Below are positions 50,565 to 62,285 of a stretch of DNA of 64,000 bases, in pieces. Each line of letters starts with the position of its first letter. Position 1 is the first letter of the stretch. The DNA is from Fistulifera solaris (Eukaryota). Below the pieces are notes generated by a model. The model made no database searches. It worked only from the letters and a program-made list of their open reading frames with translations, and had not been told where the DNA came from. The stretch is taken from NCBI GenBank assembly GCA_030295235.1, contig AP026140.1:186001-250000 (forward strand), in the 5' to 3' direction. A program made the position numbers and the translations under genes.

Positions 50565-53399
50565 TTAGAAGTCTTTGAACATGGCTTGCTGTTCCGATGT
50601 AAGGTTGGATCGTGAAGGCGGTGCCTCGTTTTCCAAGTGACGATACGAGTCGAAGTGCGTGGCATCCAAAGGATCGCGGATACGGGGTTTCCACGGAGGA
50701 GGAATCTGTCGTCGGAGAAGCTTGTCGACGTCAATTATGTTAAACCACATGTGTTCTCGGATGTCCATGTCACCACGGGCCAAGCAACCCAAACGATTCG
50801 TCTGTCGACGCACAATCAAACGTTGAATCAAGTCCTGAGCAAGCTCGTGCACAAGACCCGGGGGGAAGTTGTACTTGACCTGGACGATGCGCTTGAACAA
50901 ACTGACTTGATCGGCACCATATGAGTAGAATGGTGAGCGACCGACCAACATCTCGTAGATGAGCACACCGTATGCCCAGTAGTCGACACCCTTGTCGTGA
51001 CCCTTGGAAAGAATGATCTCAGGTGCTAGGTACTCCGGCGTACCGCACAATGTGTACGTCTTGTCAACGACAATCTTGGCGAAACCAAGATCGACCAAGA
51101 CACAGTAGCCTCTTTGGTCGATCAGAATGTTTTCTGATGACGACGAAAAGTAAAAATGATTAGTGAAACTATGCAAACTGCGTCACTTCATTAGTTGACA
51201 AAACGTACCTGGCTTCAAATCGCGGTAGCAAATACTGCGTTGATGCAAGTGCGCCAAAGATTCCAAGATGCAGGCCGCATAAAAGCGCGAATTTCCGTTT
51301 GGAATACCATCACGCGTCTCGGTGTGGATGATAGAGAACAACTCTCCACCCTGCACGAGTTCAATCAACATGTACAAGGCGTGATCATCCTGGAACGTAG
51401 AGACAAGGTTCACCACGAACGGGTGCCTCAAAGACGCCATGATGTTCTTTTCACGGATCACACCATCCACTTGGTGGTGGCCGATAATTTCCCGTTTAGA
51501 CAGCTGCTTCAAGGCGTAAGGCTTGCTGGTACGCTTGTGACTGACGAGCCAAACTTTTCCGAAAGTTCCAACACCGAGAATGCGGAACTTGACCAAGTCT
51601 TTGAACTTGATGGTTTTGTCCAATTGCGGTGCAGCAATCAAGGGCCGTCCAAGACGTCGGATATTTCCAATCACGGCCTCAATGTCACGTCGAGACAAGA
51701 CACCACACTTTGTTTCCTTCTGTACGGTGATGGTCTGCTTGCTGGGGGTACCGGGCTCATCTTTCAAGTGCTTATCACCAAAGTAGTCAGCATCTTTCAA
51801 GTTGTTGATAATACCATCCGAGTGAGCCACCGAGACGGCACCAGAGCGAATAATGTAGAGGTTCTGCACAAAAGGCTTTCCTTCTTCCGCCAAGATCGTT
51901 CCGGCGGCAAAGGTCGTTTCCACAATCAGATCCGTCAAACGAGCCAATTCGTGCGGCTGGAACTGCGAGTTGGAGAAAATCGGAACTCCCAACAAAGTAC
52001 GCTTCTTCATAGCCGCATCGATCATGCCCTGCAAAGGACCAAGGACCAACTCGAACGTGTCACGAGACAAGCACAAGCAAGTACAGTTACTCGTGGCAGT
52101 AATATTGGCTACACGGGGATCTCCGGTAATCAAGGCGCGTTCGCCGAAGAAGTCTCCGGGTCCAAGTGGCTGATCCACATATTTACTGTCTCCGAATCCG
52201 ATGTCGTGCACCTTTACCGTACCCTCACGAATAATGTAGAAGATTTCACCGACGTCTCCCTTGTTAATGATGCGCTCGCCCTCAGGGAACGTAACTGACG
52301 TCAAGGCATCCGAAATTTTGGTGAGATCGTTTTCATCAACGTCCGCCAAGAAAGGAACCTTACGGAGCACATCGTGAACATCCTTCTTCTGGCTGTTGGT
52401 GTTGTTCGCCAACATGAAACGGAACGTCTTTTGGTCGACTTTCCACAGACGACACGCGGTGTTGGCGAGACAAGTAGCGGCACGAGGACAGTTGTACAGC
52501 AAAGCCAATTCTCCGAACGAACCTCCGCGACCAGCGGACCCGACGTGGGTCCCATCCACGGCAAAGCTAACGTGACCCTCCTCAATTACGTAGAAAAAGT
52601 CACCGGTTTCTCCTTGCTTAATGATGACGGTACCTGCCGGAACCGATTCCATCATCATGGCATCAATCAAAAGACGACGCTCTTTTTCGGAAAGACTCGC
52701 AAAGATGAAATTATCCTCGAGGGCGGAATCGATAAATTGAACTGCAGCATCCGACTTGGGATAACGAGGGAGCTGAAAGTCTTCATTGAGATCGATCGCT
52801 TTCGAAAAGATATTCTGAGCACGCTTCGCCTTGTTATGAATGTTGACATTCTCCTCCCGCTTGACTTCTTTTGTCTTATCTTCCACTTCTTCCGTTTCGC
52901 TGGGCTCTTTTGCAACCTCAGCGGGCGGGGGAGGGTCTACTTGCTGTTGACGTTCGCAAGTCAAATTAATAGACAGGCATTGTGAGTATATCTGTCAGTC
53001 AAAGCACACCCCATAATACAAGCAAATCCTCGAGGTCGAGGGCTGATAGACAATTACAAACTCACCATCTTAGAAGAGGCCTTGACGCTCTTGCTGACGC
53101 TGCTGGTGGACTTTTCTTTCTTCTCATCCTTGTTCTCCTCAGCCTTTTTTCTTCTTGTGTTTCAGGAAACCTCCGAAACCGCGCATCATCTTGGCGATTG
53201 ACTTTTGCTTTTCAAATGAATCAGCTCGACAGAGGGCCTCCGGTCGTTGAAGATCGGTTGGAGACTTATTGTGACCGTGGTAGGATCGATGATTCGATTC
53301 GGGTGTGTTTTTTGGTGCTTGGTTTATTGGACTTCGACGTTTGATCTCGACGTTCGCGGCGCGTTCCGTGCTTGACACAGAAGTCATTGACCCAAACAT
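50565..53399 (-). CDS. cGMP-dependent protein kinase-like (three cNMP-binding domains + AGC kinase)
   Basis: FGELALLYNCPRAAT, FGERALITGDPRVAN, LGVGTFGKV, YRDLKP|EN, DLGFAK, TLCGTPEYLAPE. Two introns; 5' exon uncertain. Confidence 0.92.
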
Positions 53400-53695
53400 T
53401 TATGACCGGTCTGGCCTTTTGTCGTTGATGAGCTGCGATCTTTGTGGGTTTCCAACATTTTTCGCGGCAAATTTTGGCGGGTACCGGGTATTATATAAGT
53501 ATTGAAAAAGAGTCGTAGCGGTTCTCTTGCGGTGCAGCTTTTGCTCTAAAAGATGCTGCGAAAAAGCGCGAAAACTTCTTGTAAAAGAAACAACAATGAC
53601 AAGCAGCAAACAGATACGAAGAGAGATAGATAATCTTCTCAACAAGGCTTGAGCATTGGCTGATTTCTATCGCTCTTTAGCTAGATTACCTATTC

Positions 53696-55213
53696 ATGTC
53701 CTCTCGAAAGCGACAAACCACGCCGGCGGCGACATCGCAAGAAAGCACGACGACAGCGTCATCGAGCAAACGTCGCGTCGTTGCGATTGCTCCAGATGCG
53801 GATGCGGTCCTTCGCGAATGTCGCAAACTCAGGGATGTTATGAGATCCTCGTCGAATGAGACAAGTGACAAGGCCTCTCGTGTAATTCCCGAAGGCGTTC
53901 CGTCGAGTATCGTTGAAGTCGATGAACTGAAAGCACCCGAGGTTCTGGAAGGAATGGAGTCGATTGCGCTGGATATTGCTCAGCAAGTATTGAGCGGAAA
54001 AGGCTTTTCGATGGAGATTCCCAGTCGAGCCGCAACAAATCAGCTATATGTAAAAAGAATGGGATCGAATTGTGTTGGGAGGCAAGAGATCGTCTAGAAG
54101 TTTTCTCAATGTGAAAGAATCACGAAAAGCAGCCATCACATTGCGCGTGTTGCAATTGATACATGCTGTTCTCATGAAGCGTATTCACATTACCAAGCGT
54201 GATCTCTTTTATACCGACGTGAAGCTCTTTGTCGACCAAGCCGAGTCAGACGGTGTTCTGGACGATGTTGCAACCATGGTAGGCTGCACACGAAGCAACC
54301 TCAACGTAGTTGCGTCAGACAAGGGGCTGGTCGTCGGCCGGGTCCAATTCGTCGAAGATGATGATCCAATCGACTGTACACGAATGGGTGTTGGTGGTAA
54401 GGCGATTCCTCCCTACATTGACAAGATTGAAAATATTACCAGTGATGCGGAATTCATCCTTCTTGTTGAAAAAGAAGCCGCCTACATGCGAATGGCTGTA
54501 AGTTTCTTTCTAAACCGAAGCTTTTGCAATATAAAATTGTTTCTAACATCTGTTGCTGCAGGAAGATCGATTCTATCATCGATACCCTTGTATTATTATT
54601 ACAGCCAAGGGGCAACCTGATATTGCCACTCGAATGTTTCTCAAACGACTGAAAGAAGAGCTTAAAATTCCTGTTCTGGGTCTGGTCGACAGTGATCCTT
54701 ACGGCCTAAAGATATTATCCGTATACATGTCCGGCAGCAAGAATATGAGCTATGACAGTTCCAGTTTGACGACTCCTGATATCAAATGGCTGGGGCTTCG
54801 TCCCTCTGATCTTGTAAGTATCATGTAATGTCGTCCATCGATATGCCTTTGGGATGACAAATGTAGCTTGCCAGTCCTTACTAACACCTTTTCATTGCTG
54901 CTAAGGACCGTTATGACCTGCCCGACCAATGCCGTCTAGACATGACGGAGAACGATATAAAAACAGGGAAGGAGCTACTCAAAGAGGACTTCATTCAAAA
55001 GAATCCTGAGTGGATGAAAGAGCTCGAAATCATGGTAAGTGATTAGTTGAACTTGCATTAGCTTAATGCGATCGATCGCTCAACCGTCGCGAAACAATTT
55101 GATAGGTCAAAACGAAGAAGAAGGCGGAAATTCAGGCGTTGTCTTCATTTGGTTTCCAATATATAACAGAAACGTATTTGCCGCGAAAGTTGAGAGAGGG
55201 TGACTGGATTTAA
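53696..55213 (+). CDS. TOP6A: DNA topoisomerase VI subunit A (SPO11-3 type)
   Basis: [52 protein letters not shown]. Three introns and a frameshift at ~54055. Confidence 0.93.
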
Positions 55214-55258
55214 ACATGCAGCAGATTAAAAGACATTTAATGTTATGGTTTCAAACGA

Positions 55259-57508
55259 TTACAACTTGCTGATCGGTTTAACAAGCCCGGCGTAGAGCGT
55301 TTCGATTTCCTTCTCGTATCGATCTCGCACCTTTTGACGTTTCAATTTAAATGTGGGCGTCATAAAATCATTTTCAACTGTAAAGAGAGACGCTTCTAGG
55401 TGAATTGCTTTCACGGTTTCAAAGCCTTGAAGACCATTTTCTTTCGACAACTTGACTATATCCTTCATAATTGCTTCCTTCACTTTCGTGCTCTGACAAA
55501 TTTCAGCAAAAGATGAAGTCGCAGATAGATTTTCGTCTAAGCCACGACCTACACTATGACGAACTGGCTCTTCATCAGGAACTACAATAGCAACCAATTG
55601 GCTCTGATGCGAATCGCCATACACAAAACATTGTGCTATCAGAGGAGAACGGCCCAGTATATTCTCAATCTTCTCCGGTGCGACGTACTCGCCCTGGGCT
55701 AGCTTGAATATATTCTTCTTCCTGTCAATGATCTGCAAAGACCCATCTTGTCTCCACATACCAACATCCCCACTGTGTAGCCACCCGTCTTCGTCGATTG
55801 CTTCTCTGGTTTTGTCCTCAGCCTTGTAATAACCTTTGAAGATCGATGGACCACGGAGGCAGATTTCACCTCGTCCGTAACACTTTTGCCCACGATGTTC
55901 ACGATCCGAGTGTAAGTATCCCATCTCAGGAACATTCATCAACACTATCTCCACGGATCCAACAGGGCAACCAACATGGCCAACTGTTGAAATATCGTCC
56001 GGGTGTGAAATTGTACCGGAAGCAGCGCCTTCGGTTTGACCGTACCCTTCTACGACAGGGATGCCTAACATACAGCGGAAGAAAGTCATGACGTTCTCGC
56101 TCAAAGGCGCTGATCCGCTTATCATGACACGCAAATGGTCCATTCCTAACCCTTTCTTGATCTTGCTGAATATTAGGCGATCATAAAGTGCATGATGAAG
56201 GTGTCCCTTCTTCAACCCCTCGGTTTTGGCAGCTAACGCAGCGTTGAACAGCTTACTCTTGACCCCACCAGCTGCAGCAACTCCGGTAGTAATCTTCAAA
56301 CACGTATCAAATGCAAATTAGTTCACGACAGAAAAGGTAAACACGTGAGACGCCATCGAATAGTACGCACCTTATCGTATATTTTGTTCAAGACACGAGG
56401 TGCAGCCGGCAAAAGCGTAGGTCTGCAAGCTTGAAGATCTTCAATCAACAGTGTTGGATCGCCGCGAAAGAATGCGACGGATGCTCCTGCTAGGAAAACC
56501 TGGCTAATAACGGTGCGCTCGAAGATATGGGCCAAGGGTAGGTAACTTAAGTGTCGATCATCGGCTCGGATGGCCACCTCGGGGAATTGGCTGATCCCCG
56601 CCATGGATGAAACCATATTCTCGTGCGTCAAAAGTGCTCCTTTGGGGTCACCAGTCGTTCCGCTTTTATCAAAACGTTAAGTTCTCTGTCAGAACGAAGC
56701 CGCATTATTAACAGAATTGAAAGTTCGAACAACGTACCTGGTATAGCAGAATGTTGCAATGTCACCCGGCTGAGGAGGACAATGACGGTGCCCCTGTGTA
56801 GCGATCCGATGTGCTCCCACAGCTTCTACTTTTGCGTAACTAATTATTTCCAGACCCGCTCGCCCCGCCTGATCGGCCACTTCCGGAGTCACCCCATCAA
56901 TGACAATGATCGTTTGAAAGTGCACGGGGACTTTGTCGCCGGCATCCTTCACGCGACAAAGGGCTTCCACTTCGGCACGTGTACAGACCACCGACTGGGC
57001 CTCAGTTTGATGCAGCACAAAGCGTACGGTATCCGGTCCTAACGTGTCGTACAAGGGAACAGTAGCCCCACCCAGGGCAAACACACCTTGCTCCGCAAGA
57101 ATCCATTCCATGCAGTTCTTGACGTACAGGCACAGCACCATTAAATTGTCAGACGTTGGTTTTACGAGATTCAGAGTTTCCAAGCCAGCGGCAAAGGGAG
57201 TTGATTCTAGCGACACATTCGGAATAACTCGTGTAAATGTAAGGCGTCGCAAAACCGGTGGTGCTCACCGCCCGGAATCCCATACACGGTCCCAAAGGAT
57301 TCAAAGCTGCCCCACGACGAAAAGATTCATACAGAGTACGCGCCCCTTTGATACCCAATTCGGGATGAACTAGAGGATTGAAAGAACGTCGAATATTCCC
57401 TCGTGTCTCTGTGGACGTCTGAGGCACGACCGTCGACCACAAACTATCCGCAACTTCTTGTTCATCGTCTGGGCGATGCTGGAGTCTCATTATATCTGTC
57501 GATGACAT
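55259..57508 (-). CDS. Long-chain acyl-CoA synthetase, peroxisomal (SKL)
   Basis: YT|SGTTGDPKG, SYLPLAHIFE, GYGQTE, GWLHSGD, IIDRKKNIFKLAQGEYVAPEKIE, ending in SKL*. Two introns, one frameshift. Confidence 0.95.
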
Positions 57509-57829
57509 CTTGTCTGCGCAATCAGATAGCAAAATAATGTGGAAAGGCTAGATGCTGCTTGAAGAAGTGTGCAATGGTGACAGCAGGCCGAGAACCATCA
57601 TGGTGTCGTGCGCGGCGGTGATGTTGCAAAAACGGATCAAAGATATTTCCGAAAGATCATCTACTTTACAAGCTATAGTGACGACAGAGCGTCATTAATT
57701 GCAAATTAGTTCAGAAATTCCGTCTGCTTCAAAATTAAGACGACTGTGTTTAGTATCATCCAAATTTTTTTGGTCTTCGAAAACACAATCCTAAATATTT
57801 ATTCCGTATCATCCAAATTGTATGTCAAC

Positions 57830-58300
57830 TTATCCACGACTACAATTCAGTCATGAATCAAATTTCCATGGAGCGACAACTTCGTCTACGATTCGTTTTT
57901 TCAGCTGGATTTCTAGAGCTCCAGTTGTTGTTACCGCAATGAAGTAGTCTTTAGTAGCGCTTAAAGATTACAAGCCTTGATTTTTACGTCGAAAAGCCTG
58001 CGATACATCGTTTAACAATTTTACGATGGACCTAAGTGTTGTCCGTATTTCACCACCAACGACATATTCAGTCACGAATCAATAATGTTTTGAGCGACAA
58101 TGCTGCCTACAAATCGTTTGTCCAGCGAAAAGTCTTGAGCTCCATTTGTCATTGCTTAGATGCAACAGGCGTTAGCAGCGTTTGACTTACATGTCACTGT
58201 ATTCTACATCGAGGAGCCTTGCAAAACTTTGTTTTCCGTATTTACTATAGACCCAATGTGATAGTTTAGGGAGACCATGACTGCATTTCAGTCATGAGTC
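57830..58300 (-). repeat. Degenerate reverse-oriented copies of the ~230-bp repeat family
   Basis: Reverse complement of 58240-58300 (CTCATGACTGAAATGCAGTCATGGTCTCCCTAAACTATCACATTGGGTCTATAGT) aligns to 39294-39350. TTCAGTCA cores recur at ~57850, ~58070 and ~58290. Confidence 0.75.
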
Positions 58301-58718
58301 TCCAATCAATACTATACGAAATACGAAGTATTATTATTTGTCCAAGACGTAGCCACGTTTTCTTTTCTTCTTAAAAAAAATAACAAAATTTTCCTTTCGT
58401 TTAGAATAAAGACTCTCTCTAAAGAGACTACGTAGTAGTTAACATTACCTGGTAAGGTGCAGAGTACATCGTAATCGTAATCGGACTGCGGGTCATTGTT
58501 TCGTTCTTATGCTGTTCCATAACCGGTACGAGACTATATAGTATGACGCTTACTGTCCGTCACGTCATCGGCAAAAGAAGTCCGCGAAAAATAAAGTCCG
58601 CTTATTTCGAAGCAGAGCAACAGCAACGACAACAACATGACAAGTATTAAGACCTTTGCGTTAGCAAAGCTCGTTGTACGTTCCTTTGTTTTCACTTCAT
58701 AATCTTAAAATTGTAAAA

Positions 58719-59373
58719 ATGGAAGACGCAATCGTCAAATTGGTGAGTTTCTTTTGGATTGAGAAACGAGTGGTGTCATTTTGACTCGTATCACTTTAGA
58801 AAGAAGCCCATCGCTATTCCCATTCTTGATCACCTTTTTAAGTACACATATCTGACTGTTTCATTTACTTCATTCTGTTTGTAGACAAGTAAAGAAGGCG
58901 AGACATTCGATGTTCCGCGTAAAGTCGCAATGATGTCTAAACTAGTCAAAGACACATTCAGTGACGACGATGACGAGGATGATGAAGAAGATGAGACGGA
59001 AGTTAAAGAAGTTCCTCTACCAAATGTTACAGCGCCCGTGTTAAAGAAGGTCATTGAATACTGCACGCACTATCAGGAAGAAGAAATGACACCCATTCAA
59101 ACTCCGCTGAAATCGGGAACTCTTGACGAATTGGTGCAAGCGTGGTATGCGAACTTTGTCAAAGTCGATCGCAACATGTTGTTCGATTTAGTGGCAGCGG
59201 CGAACTTTATGGATATCAAACCACTACTCGACTTGACGTGTCTCGCTGTTAGCATCTTGATCAAAGGCAAGTCGGCACAGGAATTGCGGCAAATGTTTAA
59301 CATTAGTGCCGAGCTCAGTCCGGAAGAACAGGCCGAGGCACAAAGAGAAAACGCTGCAGCAGAATCATCGTAA
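58719..59373 (+). CDS. SKP1: SKP1 (SCF ubiquitin ligase subunit)
   Basis: MEDAIVKL|TSKEGETF (intron 58743-58884), VPLPNV, LKKVIEYCTH, AANFMDIKPLLDL, IKGKS. Confidence 0.96.
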
Positions 59374-59432
59374 TTACAGTAAGACGCTTAACTAGAAGCA
59401 ATTTGAAGTGTAAGTCCGTTATAATGAGCCAG

Positions 59433-61108
59433 TCATACAAACTGCTTAGCGTTTGAATTAGCAGAGTTAGAAAAGGGAGGTGCAGCAGCTTCGGATGCAA
59501 AAACATGCTTTCCCTTAAAATGCTTTTTTGTGAAAAGTAGGGTAGCAGGTCGTGCACAAGTCGTAGTCAAAGCAAGATAAACACTTTCGAATAGTTCCTT
59601 CAATACGGTTCGAGCAACCGTCACAATGAGCTACTTCGCGGTAAGAAAAAGTAGAAGCATCGTCGCTAGCTCCGGACGTCAGAGGAGGTGCCAAGGCACC
59701 TGGAAAAGAAACACTCGATTATGTGGAATTTTCACATCCTTCCAGTCTTCTATTGAGTGAATGTCGCATTTGGCGTCTTCTTTCTTGGATGCCACGACCG
59801 ACAAAAGTTCTCCTTCCGTTTGGTATTTAATAACGTCGTTCGCTTCCGCAGAGAAGAGAGACCGGGCTAGAACGCGAATAATATCATCACAAAAGCCCAG
59901 CAAATAAGCATCAAAGACGTAACCCTCCCGAAAGTCTTTCTCGTCCTCCTGATCTCTTTCATCTTGGACATCCGTCAGAATTTCTGGTGAAGGAGGATGA
60001 ACTATGGAGCGATTGATCAATATGCGAGGGATATCTGGGGGCAGATAACGGATCACCTTTGAAATGGGCGCCCTGAACACGTATGAAAACTGATTGAGCA
60101 ACGCCGACCAAGTGAGCAAGCATTTCTACATGTAGGCCACTTACACCGATAACGAGGTTCCGATCACAATCAATGCGTCCACTTTGTCATGATCGATTTC
60201 CAATGCCCGACGAACATTCTCTCCCAACGTTTCGCCAAAAATGTAATCCCTGGTTTTAACACGCCATTACAGGTCCGTGCTTTTCGCGTGACACCTCGGG
60301 TTCGTATACGATCACTACTATCTTCAGTGTGACTGGGATTGGACCGCTTTCGGGATGAGCGTTCTATCGGACGTGCAGTCGTCTTTGAAGTCGAGTCGGG
60401 TAGAATACATCGACATCGAGCTACGCGACCAGCAAAGACATCTTCTTCTATCTCCGACCGGGCTACCTTCTGCTTGCAAGAAAGACAAGTGGCCCATTCC
60501 AACGATCCGTGTGCATATACAATCTTTTTGGCTGAAACACCCGCTTCTTGTTCGAGACCGTCGATATTTTGTGTGTAACAACGCAGCAAACGACTCTGCT
60601 GTTCCAGCAAAGCCAAGAGCTTATGAGAATCACTCGGTCGGGCTCGATTCCGCTTGCGATCTTTCGCCAAATCACCATTATTATCACAATTTGGGAAATA
60701 GAGACTTTTTGCAAACTTGTAGAACGGAACTGGGTCCTCTTGAAAGAAATGAGAATCAAAGAGGTCCTCCGGACAGGACAATCCTAGATCCTGTTAGTAA
60801 AAGATACAACGATGCCGCATAAGTATCAAGCAGTCGATATATCAAAGCAAAACGAAGCATACGCTTACCTCCACGTCCAACGTTTCGTAAATTCCGATAT
60901 CCTTCGATCGGAAGTCGGGTATTCCGCTGCTCACACTAATTCCTGCTCCAGTAATAACAACAATATTCTTTCGTCCTTTAAGTAAATTCGCTACACCGGT
61001 CATTCCGGACTCAATGTTTTCTTCCTTTTGATTCTCAAAGAGATAAAAGGGGGGTTGGGCGGGAAACTTCGGACGACCTTCAACACGGTTCTTCCGCGAG
61101 GAGCTCAT
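59433..61108 (-). CDS. Sir2-family NAD-dependent deacylase with C-terminal ZZ-type zinc finger
   Basis: [47 protein letters not shown]. Frameshifted tail [37 protein letters not shown]. Confidence 0.88.
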
Positions 61109-61487
61109 TATCCACGCCGTGTTCGCTCGCTTTGGTCAGACTTTGATTCTGTTAATCTAGAAAAAACATAAACTTGTTTATCGAAGTGGTGGCTTTTTTT
61201 CATTCAAGATAAACGCGTCAGGTAATAGCAGAAAATGACTTCCTTATATTTTTGCGCGGTCGGCTTATTTTCGAAAACCAATAATGGCAGAATTTCCGTG
61301 TGCTTATCATAAAGAAGAGGTTATAATAAAGCTTTCGACGCTACGGTGCCATTAACTACGCGAATTCAAGTTTGTTTTACCGCAAAGTCATCATACCCTG
61401 AACTATCCTCGACCATTCACACTTATAAACTCTGTTTACAATCCTTTTGAAATCCAAACCTAGCAAAAGAGCGAAGATACAACGCTT

Positions 61488-61765
61488 TTTTATACGTCAC
61501 GTAGTCTAGGCTTCGTAGGAATTTTATCGATGCAGGTAGCAACGGAACCTTCGATCTCAACAAAAATCGGGTCCGACAGGGGCAAACTTCATTTCAACAT
61601 AATCACCATACAAGCATAGAGCACTTCTACAAGATTCGAGTTTAATTGGAACACCAAACATGAAAAAGACAACAGATGCAAAGTTGCGAATGTCTACGTG
61701 AAATCACGTAGGCCCGGTAGGGAAATTTATCGACAGAGGGAAACCCGGATTTCGTCTAATTCGAC
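61488..61765 (+). repeat. Distal copies of the 0.7-2.4 kb repeat family
   Basis: GAATGTCTACGTGAAATCACGTAG..GTAGGGAAATTTATCGACAGAGGGAAACCCGGA at 61689-61750, with a weaker copy at ~61492-61535. Confidence 0.75.
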
Positions 61766-61896
61766 ATTCATCCATTTTTCGAGTTTGTTTGACCGCATCG
61801 TCATTATACTCTGACCTATCATCGACCAATCACACAAGTAAGCGCTGTTTACAAGTCGTTTGAATTGCCGAGGAATCTGTTCGTGAAGGAAGATTG

Positions 61897-62202
61897 ATGA
61901 TGGATCCCGAAAATGAAAGACTCGACAACAGTGCAGCTTCAGGATTGGTGGAATCTCAAACCGAGAGAAATGAACGGAATAACACACGAGTCAATGAGTT
62001 ATCAGAGCAGTCCAGATTGCGGCTGACGAACGATTATGCGCCTCTTACCGCTCTACTCCGTCAATTCGATCAACAAGTATCTTCATTCACAGGGCAGATG
62101 GAGCGCTTTGCCTATAAAGCTGCTCCAAGTTATGAAGGTCTTATCGAAAAATGGACACAAGAAGCCGCTCTTTCCAACGGGGACGATGGTGCATCTGCAT
62201 GA
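61897..62202 (+). CDS. Small hypothetical coiled-coil protein
   Basis: ~100-aa ORF with helical character located between two genes. No family recognised. Confidence 0.45.
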   Translation: MMDPENERLDNSAASGLVESQTERNERNNTRVNELSEQSRLRLTNDYAPLTALLRQFDQQVSSFTGQMERFAYKAAPSYEGLIEKWTQEAALSNGDDGASA

Positions 62203-62285
62203 AGTTCGAAGCCGAGGCCGGCAGTTGTAGCAATACTACAGTGCTCCCTATGTAAATACTCCGAAGTTAAGGCACTTTTATTCAT

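Noticed and set aside
51195..52985. Long + strand ORFs (367 and 203 aa)
   Set aside because: Antisense to the cGMP-dependent kinase, with no recognisable motifs.
58441..58560. Possible U1 snRNA (ACATTACCTGG)
   Set aside because: Imperfect match to ATACTTACCTGG, with no U1 stem-loops or Sm site recognisable.
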